Assembly (NCBI RefSeq): GCF_001194135.2
Contig: NC_068989.1
Coordinates: forward strand, 95,131,410 to 95,181,619
Source: Octopus bimaculoides
Lineage: Eukaryota
Reading direction: 5' to 3'
Length of the DNA: 50,210 nt
The stretch's first letter is position 1. Each line of letters opens with the position of its first letter. Of the stretch, positions 1-9,598 are shown in pieces. The notes beneath the pieces were generated by a model. The model was not told where the DNA came from, did no database searches, and worked only from the letters and a program-made list of their open reading frames with translations. Made by a program: the position numbers and the translations under genes.

Positions 1-59
<59 letters not shown>

Positions 60-80
60 CACACAAACACACACACACAC
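1..80. repeat. (AT)n then (AC)n microsatellite
   Basis: Direct read of the sequence. Confidence 0.98.
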
Positions 81-519
81 AGTTTGGTTTGATCATTTTT
101 GGCTTGGCTGTCAAAACATTGCATAGTTAATGTTTTTTACACTATATGTGTGCCTGAGTGTGCAGTGTGTATATATGTAGGCATACTCACACACACACAT
201 ACACACACGCGCACGCACAGTTACATAGATAGATACATACATACATACATACATACATACATACATACGCACAAGCACTGATTCCTTCAATTTTTCTGAT
301 ATAGAGCGTAAGACGCACATAATCATAGTTACAGTTTTTACTTAATCTTTGTGCGACACACCTGATCACTAAGAGTGCACAGCAACTCAGCAGGAGGTAG
401 TTTCAGCTATGATTTATATCAGTTAAAACCTCTCTCCCCTCTCTTTACCCCTCTCTCTCTCAGTACATACATACCTATATTATTTTTATGTTCAGTTATA
501 ATAAAGACAATGAATAAGC

Positions 520-680
520 AGAATACATACATACAAGCCTACACACAGGCATACACAAATACATACGTACATACATACATACATACATACATACATGCAT
601 AAATACATACATACATACATACATACATACGTACGTATGTATGTATGTATATACACATGCACGCTGACACATACACATAT
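520..680. repeat. (ACAT)n/(ATGT)n compound microsatellite
   Basis: Direct read; the repeat switches strand around 632/633. Confidence 0.95.
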
Positions 681-1132
681 GCGCCCAAACAAACGAAAGA
701 ACGCGGCTCCGATAACGGACAGAGTTAACAACCACTGAAGAGGTTGCAAGAAGCAACGAAAATTTTAGAAAAAAAAATAGATAAACAAGTAAATTTTATA
801 TTAATCTAAAGGATTACTCTATATTATTCTAGAGTTCAAATTGTTCTTCTTAAACAAGAATATTTTTGACAGTGACTTCGAAGTTTTGGCCATCAGCCAT
901 CGTCGAACTTCGGTGCATTGAAGTCAATTTTGGTTTTATCTGCAATCAGATTTGATGTTTGTTCACATCCTTCAAATGTTCTCTCATAATATTTTCAATC
1001 TCAATAGAAAGAGTACTTTTGTCACGTACCACGACCAGAAATTATTCTGTCTTCACTCTCAAACTAGTTAAGGTGCTATCTAATTCATTTCCGTTTTAAC
1101 CATTTTTGTTGGCTGTGAACAATACTAAAAAA

Positions 1133-1447
1133 TGACACTTCGTCGGTTGCGAAGACGGGGGTTCCAGTTGATCCGATCAACGGAACAGCCTGTTCGTGAA
1201 GTTAATATAAAAGGGGCTGAGCACTCCACAGACACGCTTACTCTTAAAGTAATTCTCAAGAAGGTTCAGCGTAACACAGAGTATGACAAGGCCGGCCTTT
1301 TGAAATACAGGTACAATTCATATTTGCCGGCTGAGTGGACTGGAGAAACGTGAAATAAAAATATCTTGCTCAAGGATAAAACGCGCCGCCGGGAATTGAA
1401 CTTACGATAGTGAACCAAGCACCCCTAACCACGAATCCATGCGCCTT
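1133..1447 (-). mobile_element. tRNA-derived SINE, family C, near full length
   Basis: The minus-strand 5' end reads ggcgcatggattcgtggttagg...aagttcaattcccgg (A-box and B-box like), followed by ccttgagcaagatattttt-atttcacgtttctccagtccactcagc. It aligns with the copies at 18821 (+) and 37571 (-). Confidence 0.85.
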
Positions 1448-1618
1448 CACTTGAGCAATGTAGGACCTTCTCTCGTCAATAGGTTGCTACAACATTATGT
1501 AAACCAGTTTTGAGTTGTTTTTTTCATATCTGTTTCTTGTCAAAACCCTCCCCCACACACCTGCTTAAAATTGCCCCGTTATTTTAACTTTTGCTTTATA
1601 TATTTTTTTCTTTTTAAT

Positions 1619-1830
1619 GCGGCGAGCTGGCAGAAACGTTAGCACGCCGGGTGAAATGCTTAGCGGTATTTCGTCTGTCTTTACACTTTGAGTTCAAATT
1701 CCGTCGAGGTCGACTTTGCCTTTCATCCTTTCGGGATCCGATAAATTAAGTACCAGTTGCGTATTGGGGTCGATCTAATCGACTGGTCCCCTCCTCCAAA
1801 ACTTCGGGCCTTGTGCCTAGAGTAGAAAAG
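1619..1830 (+). mobile_element. tRNA-derived SINE, family A, full length
   Basis: gcggcgagctggcagaaacgttagcacgccgg...gagttcaaattcc (B-box)...gtcgatctaatcgac...ctagagtagaaaag; more than 10 related copies in the window. Confidence 0.92.
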
Positions 1831-1859
1831 TATATATTGTTCTTTCTTTTATCATTTAA

Positions 1860-2545
1860 TTCTGATATTTTGTAAGCACTTGTACTTGATACTCTCTATT
1901 CTTATTATTAGGTGCTTTCGTGATCATAAAATGATGTTTAATAATAATATTCTAACTGAAGAAGAACTTACCTTCTTATATTCGTGGTTATGTAATATTT
2001 CTGTACAGACATTTTTCTTCTTTTATTGCTCTTTGTTTCGCCATCTAGTTTCGCTAATTCACTCAACTTCCAGTTGAGAATATTATAACTCTATCTTATT
2101 AATGGATCAATAGAGTTTTTATCCATATTATCTTCTTCTTAGCATTTCGCACACTTCTAAGTACTTATCTCATGCGTCTATAATATTTCTAATCTTTACT
2201 GCTTTCATTTGGGTACACTGTACTCTCTCCTGTGTTCTTTGATACCTCAATAATTTGGGGTTCTTGTCTAATTCTCTCATCTCGATTTCGTTATGTACAA
2301 TGATATTGCTGAATTTTATTAGATTTCCCTTATTCAGTTTGCGCAATTCTCTAAATCAAATTTTACGCTGACATCTCTACTGAATCCGTGCAAGCTACAT
2401 AACTGCATAACAGTTTCTAGTTGCTTGTCATCTGCTGCAAACAAATTGAAGTTATCCTTACACAAGAGTCGAAGGATTCTCGCTTGGAATTGCAAACGGT
2501 CTGATGTAGCGGTTTTAAATTTACAAGCATCAAACACCAACGGTG
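1860..2545 (-). mobile_element. Degenerate RT C-terminal/thumb region of an R4/Dong-type (RLE) non-LTR retrotransposon
   Basis: Translation NLFAADDKQLETVMQL..HGFSRDVSVKFDLENCA resembles the post-YMDD segment (LKLYAKNDKQL...FSxDIxMxFGLDKCA). Then, with frameshifts, KYYRRMR*VLRS..NAKKKII...SYNILNWKLSELAKLD and LLQLEYYY. It matches the fragment at 32530-32777. Confidence 0.8.
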
Positions 2546-2702
2546 AATGATGTTGTCCTATTGGTGTATTCTATTTTGACAAGGATTATTTCCTTTTTCT
2601 GTAATCCATCTTTTTTTTTTTGGGGGGGGGGAGTTATTACGACTATTATTACTAGTGTTGCGAATTGGAAGAATCATAAAAGAATCGTATACAATAACCT
2701 GT

Positions 2703-3083
2703 TTATTATTATTATTGTTTTACTTATCAGAGTGCTCAATTTTGTCAGAGGTCTCACGGGGTCTCTTTCCACACAATACAAGCTTTGATACTTGGTTGTT
2801 AATTATTGTGGGAGACACTGAACATCTAAATACCAATCTCAAAATCCTAGCTGTCCCCGGCAGAGCAGTTTTTGGCGGCTTGCTCTGCTCTCCTGTCAAT
2901 TCTGATTTCTCTTATATATTTCTCAAACCTGGTTGTTAGTGCTCCAAGGGTCCCTACAACTACTGCAATGACAGACACTCTCCTTATAGTCCACATTCTT
3001 GCGATTTCGTCTGTTAGTAGTCTGTACTTTTCTATCTTTTCTAGTTGTTTGCCACTTATGCGTGAATCTCCAGGTATTGCAAC
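2703..3083 (-). mobile_element. 3' end (restriction-like endonuclease C-terminus, 3'UTR and AAT tail) of an R4/Dong-type LINE, 5'-truncated
   Basis: VAIPGDSRISGKQLEKIEKYRLLTDEIARMWTIRRVSVIAVVVGTLGALTTRFEKYIREI fits the RLE D-x-A-x-P..K..EK..KY and VVVGxLG signature. It ends in aataataataa at about 2703-2715. Confidence 0.88.
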
Positions 3084-3165
3084 AAACAAGATGACAAATA
3101 TCCGCCAATTGTAAATAATGTAAATAATGTACATGTTTTCTCATCTTTTCAATATAGTACTGAAA
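3081..3165 (+). mobile_element. Short fragment of a Penelope-like tail repeat (same family as 14660-14775)
   Basis: aacaaacaagatgacaaatatccgccaattgtaaataatgtaaataatg aligns with 14719-14774 (aacaaaaaacacgatgaggacaaatatccgtcgaatgtaaataatgtaaataatg). The family assignment is an inference. Confidence 0.6.
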
Positions 3166-3335
3166 TTAAATACCAGCTAAACACTGGAGTCGATGCAATC
3201 TATACATTCCCTCCCCTAAAATGGCTGCCCTTGTGACAAAATTTGAAACCATTATTANNNNNNNNNNCACTGGAGTCGATGCAATCTATACATTCCCTCC
3301 CCTAAAATGGCTGCCCTTGTGACAAAATTTGAAAC

Positions 3336-3343
<8 letters not shown>
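3162..3343 (+). mobile_element. 3' part of a family A variant SINE, with 76 bp duplicated across a 10-N gap
   Basis: 3182-3257 is identical to 3268-3343 on either side of N at 3258-3267. The sequence cactggagtcgatgcaatc...cccttgtgacaaaatttgaaaccattatt is the variant tail also seen at 19700-19790 and 38480-38545. Confidence 0.8.

Positions 3344-3374
<31 letters not shown>
3337..3374. repeat. (TTA)n microsatellite
   Basis: Direct read; it serves as the tail of both the + strand SINE and the - strand LINE fragment. Confidence 0.97.
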
Positions 3375-3376
<2 letters not shown>

Positions 3377-3655
3377 GAAAACTTAGCTTTTTTTGTTGGG
3401 TATGATGGAAAGTGTTTGCTGTCCACAGCCAGCAGACTAAGGTGACACTTGTTTACTGGTCATGCTTCAAGAATCCGGCGAAGTATTCTTACAGTTCCAA
3501 GCAATACTGACTTTTGTAGGTGTTCTACCTTCACACTTGCACCGATATTTTCAGCCATGCTGGTAGTTGAGTACTGATACTTCCAAGTGCACCAATTACT
3601 ATTGGTATCATGTCTATTCTTTTCAATGACCACAACCTTCGTATTTCCCACTTTA
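3375..3655 (-). mobile_element. Second R4/Dong-type LINE 3' end (RLE C-terminus and 3'UTR), 5'-truncated
   Basis: ORF end ENIGASVKVEHLQKSVLLGTVRILRRILEA* matches the LQK..LLGTARILRKVL terminus of RLE LINEs. The 3'UTR runs into (AAT)n. Confidence 0.85.
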
Positions 3656-3664
3656 AATCGTCAT

Positions 3665-3760
3665 AGTTGTTGTTGTTGTTATTGTTATTTTATGTTTGAC
3701 TTTTGTTTTGCATTTGTACAAGTTGGATCCAAGTCTCACCCAGAGACCTCAAGAGACAAC
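3665..3760 (-). mobile_element. Probable LINE 3'UTR with (AAT/AAC)n tail, cut off by an N-gap
   Basis: The minus strand reads gtctcttgaggtctctgggtgagacttggatccaacttgtacaaatgcaaaacaaaagtcaaacataaaataacaataacaacaac; no coding part is visible. Confidence 0.45.
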
Positions 3761-3872
3761 NNNNNNNNNNNNNNNNNNNNNNNNNNNNNNNNNNNNNNNN
3801 NNNNNNNNNNNNNNNNNNNNNNNNNNNNNNNNNNNNNNNNNNNNNNNNNNNNNNNNNNNNNNNNNNNNNNNN

Positions 3873-3950
<78 letters not shown>
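3873..3950. repeat. (TTA)n microsatellite
   Basis: Direct read, right of the N-gap at 3761-3872. Confidence 0.97.
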
Positions 3951-4814
3951 TTACTGAATTTTCAGTAAAGATGGAATCTTGAACTCCGATTGTTGGCATT
4001 TGCATGTGAACTTCCCTTCCAGACATAGTTTCGATCAGAATGAGAAAAACATTGACTGGGTAAGGGGAGGGGGGGTGAAGCGTCTCAATGTGAAAAATAA
4101 ATAAAGCGACGGAAAAATTCGGTTTTAAATTGAACATGTCATAAAACAGTATTGGAGTGTAATGGGGGAAAGCAACAAAATATATTTCCGGCCAGGTAGA
4201 TACAGTAAATAAAAGGATGTGAAACAAAATAGCCGACAGAGACAGTGATGGGGTACCGTGATGGGAGGCGGGGAAACTGAAGCATATACAAACAGAACTT
4301 AGCAACAAAAATAGAGAAATATAAAAGAGCCAAGGTTACTTATTGATTCCTCATGCATATTTCGAGCCTTTATCTTTTCTAAGTATCTTTAATCTTTGTA
4401 AGTTATCGATTTCATGTCATTTCCAGAGTCTTACAAAGACGCCTCGATCCTTTTAACCATCATTGTTTAGCGTCTCGTTCTCGTTCCAGTCTTTTATTTG
4501 GCTGCCGTTCTTGACAACACCCACACAACACTCCTTTCTGTTGGTCTATTATAGAAGTTCTTTTAGGTCTCCAGTTTTATTTCTGTTCTTATTGATAAAG
4601 TGCAAGAACGTGAACTATGTTTGATACAAACCGAAAAGTCTTACTGAAGAATGGGATTTTAAATTGTAAAAGAGGCGACATTCGGTCGGGTCGGTTTAAT
4701 AACGTTCATAGTTTAACTTCAGAAGACCAAGTCAGCGAAAGTACAGAGAAAAAGAAACATTATACTAGTAAATCCTTGAACACAATGGCCGAATAGTGAA
4801 GTATAACAGCTAGT

Positions 4815-5028
4815 ATGGCTGAGGCAATGATGAGTCATAGAAGTGAATATAACAATGGGAACGACATAATGATGACAGCGATGGTCAATGAAATGATGAT
4901 GGTGGTGGTGGTGGTGGAAGAAGCAGGTATTGGTGAGGATGAAGTAATGATCGAGATGATAATGTTGAAGATTATATTGATAATGAAATATGATCATGGT
5001 CGTGATAGTGATGATGATGATGATGAGG

Positions 5029-5071
<43 letters not shown>

Positions 5072-5240
5072 CGATTCTCGTTGATGATTGATGATAACGG
5101 TAACCGTCATTAGGATAAGGTTCATGATGATGAGTGAGGGGATAGTGGTGGCGTAGATGATAGCGATATCATTGATGGTTATGATATGGATGAGGATGAC
5201 GTCGACAACGACGACGATGAGCAGAAGATAGATAGATACA
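4815..5240. repeat. GAT-rich low-complexity tract with a pure (GAT)n core at about 5008-5070
   Basis: Direct read; it explains the poly-D/M/S/H pseudo-ORFs. Confidence 0.9.
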
Positions 5241-5389
5241 GTGGGTGTTATGTCTATACTACTATTTACATACACACAGGGTAGCGGCTTCGATCTGCGT
5301 CAGTAAGATAATCTCACCCAGAAACTACACTTGTAGAAATGGTTTCAACACGCTGTCATTTTTGTATTGGCCTTTTATCATTTTATTAC

Positions 5390-5591
5390 ATGGTATGAAG
5401 TTTGCTTCCCAACCACGTGGTTCCGGGCTCAGTCCCACTGCGTTGCACCTTGGACACCTGTCTTCTACCATAGCTTTTTGAATGAATTTGGTAGACGGAA
5501 ACCGAAAGAAGCCTGTTGTATACTTGTGTGTGCCTGTGTATATGTATGTATGTGCACGTGCGCGTTCATATGTGTGCGCGCACGTGCGCGT

Positions 5592-5644
<53 letters not shown>

Positions 5645-5680
5645 TGTTCGTGTTTGGCCCCACCACCGTTTGACGAAAGG
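5390..5680 (+). mobile_element. tRNA-derived SINE, family B: head, internal (GT)n and start of the 3' half
   Basis: tttgcttcccaaccacgtggttccgggctcagtcccactgcgttgcaccttgg...ggtagacggaaaccgaaagaagcc, then (GT)n, then tgtttggccccaccaccgtttgac. Colinear with the copies at 26686, 27655 and 39696. Confidence 0.85.
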
Positions 5681-7347
5681 CTGCTTAGCATTTTCTCCGG
5701 CCTCTGCTAACCACACTCTGCCAGCCCTTCGCTTTAAGTCAAACCGTAATAAAGCACTTAAAATAGAACCATTTTATCAAAATGCAATTGTAGAATAATA
5801 ATATGGAACTGAGAACTGCAAGGAAGTGAAACACTCGTCAATTTTACCGTGGTAGAAACAGTGGTTGTGTACGTGTTCTGGTTTCAAATCCTGCAAATGT
5901 CAACTTTCTTCCTTCTGCATTTACCTTGTATACGTTCCAGTGAAATAATGAAGTCGTTGTAATAGACTTATCCAATTCTGAGGTCATTCTTTTTTAGCAT
6001 CGATGGATTATTCAATATTGTTCCCATCTCTCGCGACAGGTGACAGAGCCATGTCAGTAACAGGACACAAACCCCTTATTTCTTGACTGGCTGTCCGATT
6101 ATTTGTCATTTCAGTTGCTCCTTAACTTACTGTTATTGTTCTTGATGTTTTTGTTACTGCTGCTCCTGCTGTTGCGTCACTGTAGAAAATTAACTTAACG
6201 GCTGTTAATATGATTTCAACTTGCAGTTGAGCAACAAGAAATAGTAATGCTGAGCAGTGAAGGGTGGATTGGAGCAAACGGCATGGTGTTATCCAAGTGA
6301 TTACCTGTAGATTGCCAACACTTTACTGTGAATGTGATAAATCGTAGCTGACAGGTGATACTACATCACATGAAACGCACTAATCAACGAAATAAGCAGT
6401 CAGCTTCGAGCCAGTGTTAACTGATTGAATAATAACAAAGACGGACCGAAGCAAAAGACTCGGCTGGTGAACGGGGAATTGCTGCCAAGTGTAGAAGAAT
6501 ATGGGAGGTGGGATAATATAAACCACTTTCATGTGCATCGCTTCAATTATTAATTGTAGGATTTGAATTCTGATTAACACGAGATAAAACAGCTAATGAC
6601 CTTCAGCTAATTTTGTTAGTTAAATAGTAATTAACAAAGTTTTGTCTCTTCAACTATGCACGCCTACATTAACAGCTGATGTTTGTAAATATATATAGTC
6701 TATCATATATTTGTTGCAGCCGAACAAAATTCTTAAATGTCAAAAGAAAATATTCCCTCTACTTTTGTTTCTTATACAAGTTTATACAATGAGGTAGCAG
6801 CTTCTAGTTGTCGACCGACCTTCTTGAAATAGCAACCAAATCTAAAAAAAAAACACATTTTACCGTTTTAAAAAAGATAATATATATTTATAACACTGAC
6901 GCAGCAAAGATTTTTGACGCCGTGGAGAGGAGTAAAAATACCTGTGACGCGTCCACTTTAATTAAAACTCATAATAGCCCAGAGGAAGTTTGGTATTCTT
7001 TCACACTAGCACCCGAGACAGACTGAACTTCACCCTTTTCTTGCTGCACCTCAACTCTACAGCAATTTTGTTTTATCACAAGTTTCAATACATGTAATAT
7101 CATCGATGGTGCAGACAAAAAGTAAATAAAGGACACCACAGATTCATTACAGCCAAGACTATTTTTCGAAAGTGACAGACTCTATGGTATCATAGGAATA
7201 GGATACTAGCCTTTTTCTCTCGTTAACTAGGGCCATGGGCTATCAGTTACCCAACAAAGGACACGAGTCGGGCAGTCTGCCTAGCAAAAGGTTGATCTCT
7301 CTGTCTCCAGATAGAATACTGGTCTATCTCCCTAAATATAACACAAC

Positions 7348-7358
<11 letters not shown>

Positions 7359-7408
<50 letters not shown>

Positions 7409-7423
7409 CTTTCNNNNNNNNNN

Positions 7424-7483
<60 letters not shown>
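7359..7483. repeat. (CT)n microsatellite with a 10-N gap
   Basis: Direct read. Confidence 0.97.
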
Positions 7484-7489
<6 letters not shown>

Positions 7490-7928
7490 GGAAGAACACT
7501 GTATTATCTGCCTTCATATAGGGCACCGGTCTGTCTATCTCACTAATTAGGCAACTGGCAATAGTCTACATGTCTGAGCAGAGAGAACACTGACCACTGT
7601 CTCTGTAGATAGCATACTAGAGTATCTGTATCTCTAGATAAGTTTGTATTTGTCTCTGAACAGGACTGTGGTGTGTCTGTTACTAAATTTGTCACAGGTC
7701 TATCTTTCCCTCGATCGGACACTGGTTTTTCTGATAGGTTGCTGGTCTATTTGCTTTTCTTGATAATACACTAGTCCAACTGTCCCTCTATATGTGGACC
7801 ATCTATTTTCAGATATGACTGTGATCCATCCGTTCATCTAGATATGACACGTTTGTCTCTTTCTATAAAGGACTCTGGTCTTTCCTTAGAGAAGTCATCG
7901 GTCTATTTCTACATAGGTTACTAATCTA

Positions 7929-7930
<2 letters not shown>

Positions 7931-7990
<60 letters not shown>
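7931..7990. repeat. (TA)n microsatellite
   Basis: Direct read. Confidence 0.98.
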
Positions 7991-7995
<5 letters not shown>

Positions 7996-8272
7996 AACAG
8001 TTATACCTGCCTCTGAATAGGGCGCAGGTTTACCTATTTCTGCATATGACAACAGCGATCTTTCTGTTACTATAAATCGCACTGGTTTGTCTTTCTCTTC
8101 ATAAGACAATGATCCAACTTCCTCTACATAGGTCTACACCATCGCCTCACTCGACGATGTATCTCTAGATAAGATGAGAGTCGCTCAGGGTTACTACTTA
8201 AGAAACTGTTCGAATTGACTCCTTCTTTAGACAACACTAGTATCTCTCTCTCTCACTACCCCTTCTTTCTCC

Positions 8273-8280
<8 letters not shown>

Positions 8281-8362
<82 letters not shown>
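8281..8362. repeat. (CT)n microsatellite
   Basis: Direct read. Confidence 0.98.
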
Positions 8363-8364
<2 letters not shown>

Positions 8365-8390
8365 AAATGGGCTATTTGTCTGCGTGGCTC

Positions 8391-9345
8391 TACGCAGGTG
8401 GGCTTAGAAATTCAAAGGCTGACTATGAAGGATTAATGCTAAAGCTGTGAAAACTGACATACATTAATTTTAACTCATCTTATTTATAACTGCATTGTTG
8501 TTGTTTTTTTTATCAGTAAACTGTCAGAGAAGACTTCAAAAGTAACTCGTAGCAATTTCTCACGAAAATGAACATGATTTGGTATCGTGATGTTTTCAGG
8601 TACCTGCAGAGAAAGGATTTAGCCCCCGAAGACATTCATGCTGACATGATTGCTGTGTTAGGGGATTACGTGCCAGCTTTATCAACAGTGCAAAAGTGGG
8701 AAGAAAGAATTGTTGAAGGTGACCTAAGGCATGGGTGACTTGAAACTGCCACCAAATGGTGATGGGTGACAGGCTATTGACTATAAATCAAATAGCCAAT
8801 GCTATTAGCGTATCCCGTGAGATATTTGAGAGTATTCTGCACAATGAAGTTGGCATGACGACGGTTTCTGCTCAGTGGGTGCCACATATTCTGACACCTC
8901 ATCAAAAGCAAAGCGCACCAGGCTGATCGTATCTGACATTGTTTAAGACAGTTCCTGCTGGTTTTCCTGAACGTTTCCTAACCCCAGGATGAGAGTCAGA
9001 GACAAAAACACAATCCACGTAGTGGAAACACCCTTTTCTCACCTACTCCAAAGAAGTCCAAGGTCGTTTCACCTGTAAAGAAGATGATGGCATCGGTGTT
9101 GGGGGGATGCAAATACTATTATGTTAATTAAACATCTTCAAAATGGCAACACCATCAATGGAAGTCCTATGTCAACTTGCTGAGGTAATTACGAAAAGCT
9201 GTCAAGAAAAACTGCCCAGGAAAACTGACGAAGGGAATCTTGTTTCATCTGGACAAAGGGGTCCATGTTGAAAAATAGATGTGATTTGGTCACATTTCAC
9301 GAGAGTATCTTGGTTGACCTGTAAACTCTTCATCCGACCCTCGTA
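8391..9345 (+). mobile_element. Decayed Tc1/mariner (mariner, irritans-like) DNA transposon with internal deletions
   Basis: From the ATG at 8568: MNMIWYRDVFRYLQRKDLAPEDIHADMIAVLGDYVPALSTVQKW (HTH). WVPHIL at 8876-8893 is the WVPHEL motif. PTPKKSKVVSPVKKMMASV and PGKLTKGILFHLDK correspond to the second catalytic Asp region. The 3' end is catccgaccctcgTA (9331-9345), and its reverse complement matches 8391-8428 at 23/38 positions ungapped. Many stops and frameshifts. Confidence 0.9.
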
Positions 9346-9480
9346 CAGATATAGATTTATCTCTCTATGCAGGCCACTGGTCTTTCTCTTTTTGATGTGA
9401 TACATGTCTCGCTCTATCTCAACAGATTCAATCTCTCTTTCATGGTGACACTGAATATTGTTATGAGATGGAATCTGGGG

Positions 9481-9598
9481 TGGCAAGCAGGCAGAGTCGT
9501 TACCGTGCCGAACAAAATGATTAAGGACATTTCTTCCGGCTCTTTACGTTGTAAGTGCGAATGCCACCGAGGACGTCTTTGCCTCTCCTTCTTTTCGG
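9481..9598 (+). mobile_element. Old, diverged family A SINE 5' half
   Basis: ggcaagcaggcagagtcgttaccgtgccgaacaaaatgattaagg...gccaccgaggacgtctttgcct aligns to the family A head. Confidence 0.7.

Larger units (their letters stand above)
7195..8250. repeat. Highly decayed ~20-29-bp minisatellite (approximate consensus ATAGGACACTGGTCTATCTGTCTCTAG), interrupted by (CT)n and (TA)n
   Basis: Recurrent units start at 7311, 7518, 7609, 7714, 7734, 7763, 7813, 7842, 7867 and 7913; the spacing is 29 bp in several places. Confidence 0.6.

Noticed and set aside
99-756. Many 60-400 aa ORFs rich in HT/CV/YI/LS/ER/poly-I/poly-M/X, here and throughout the track
   Set aside because: They are translations of microsatellites or N-gaps, not genes.
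1619-1700. tRNA-like A/B boxes in the SINE heads as possible tRNA genes
   Set aside because: No complete cloverleaf, and each continues into a shared non-tRNA body; these are SINEs.
3182-3343. 76-bp exact direct duplication
   Set aside because: The copies sit on either side of a 10-N placeholder gap, typical of unmerged overlapping contig ends; treated as an assembly artefact.
4815-5084. Acidic Met/Asp-rich ORF resembling a biomineralisation or low-complexity protein
   Set aside because: Explained by a decayed (GAT)n tract; no splice or homology support.
7195-8250. CRISPR-like repeat-spacer array
   Set aside because: The units are degenerate and contiguous with no unique spacers, there are no cas genes, and the context is eukaryotic.
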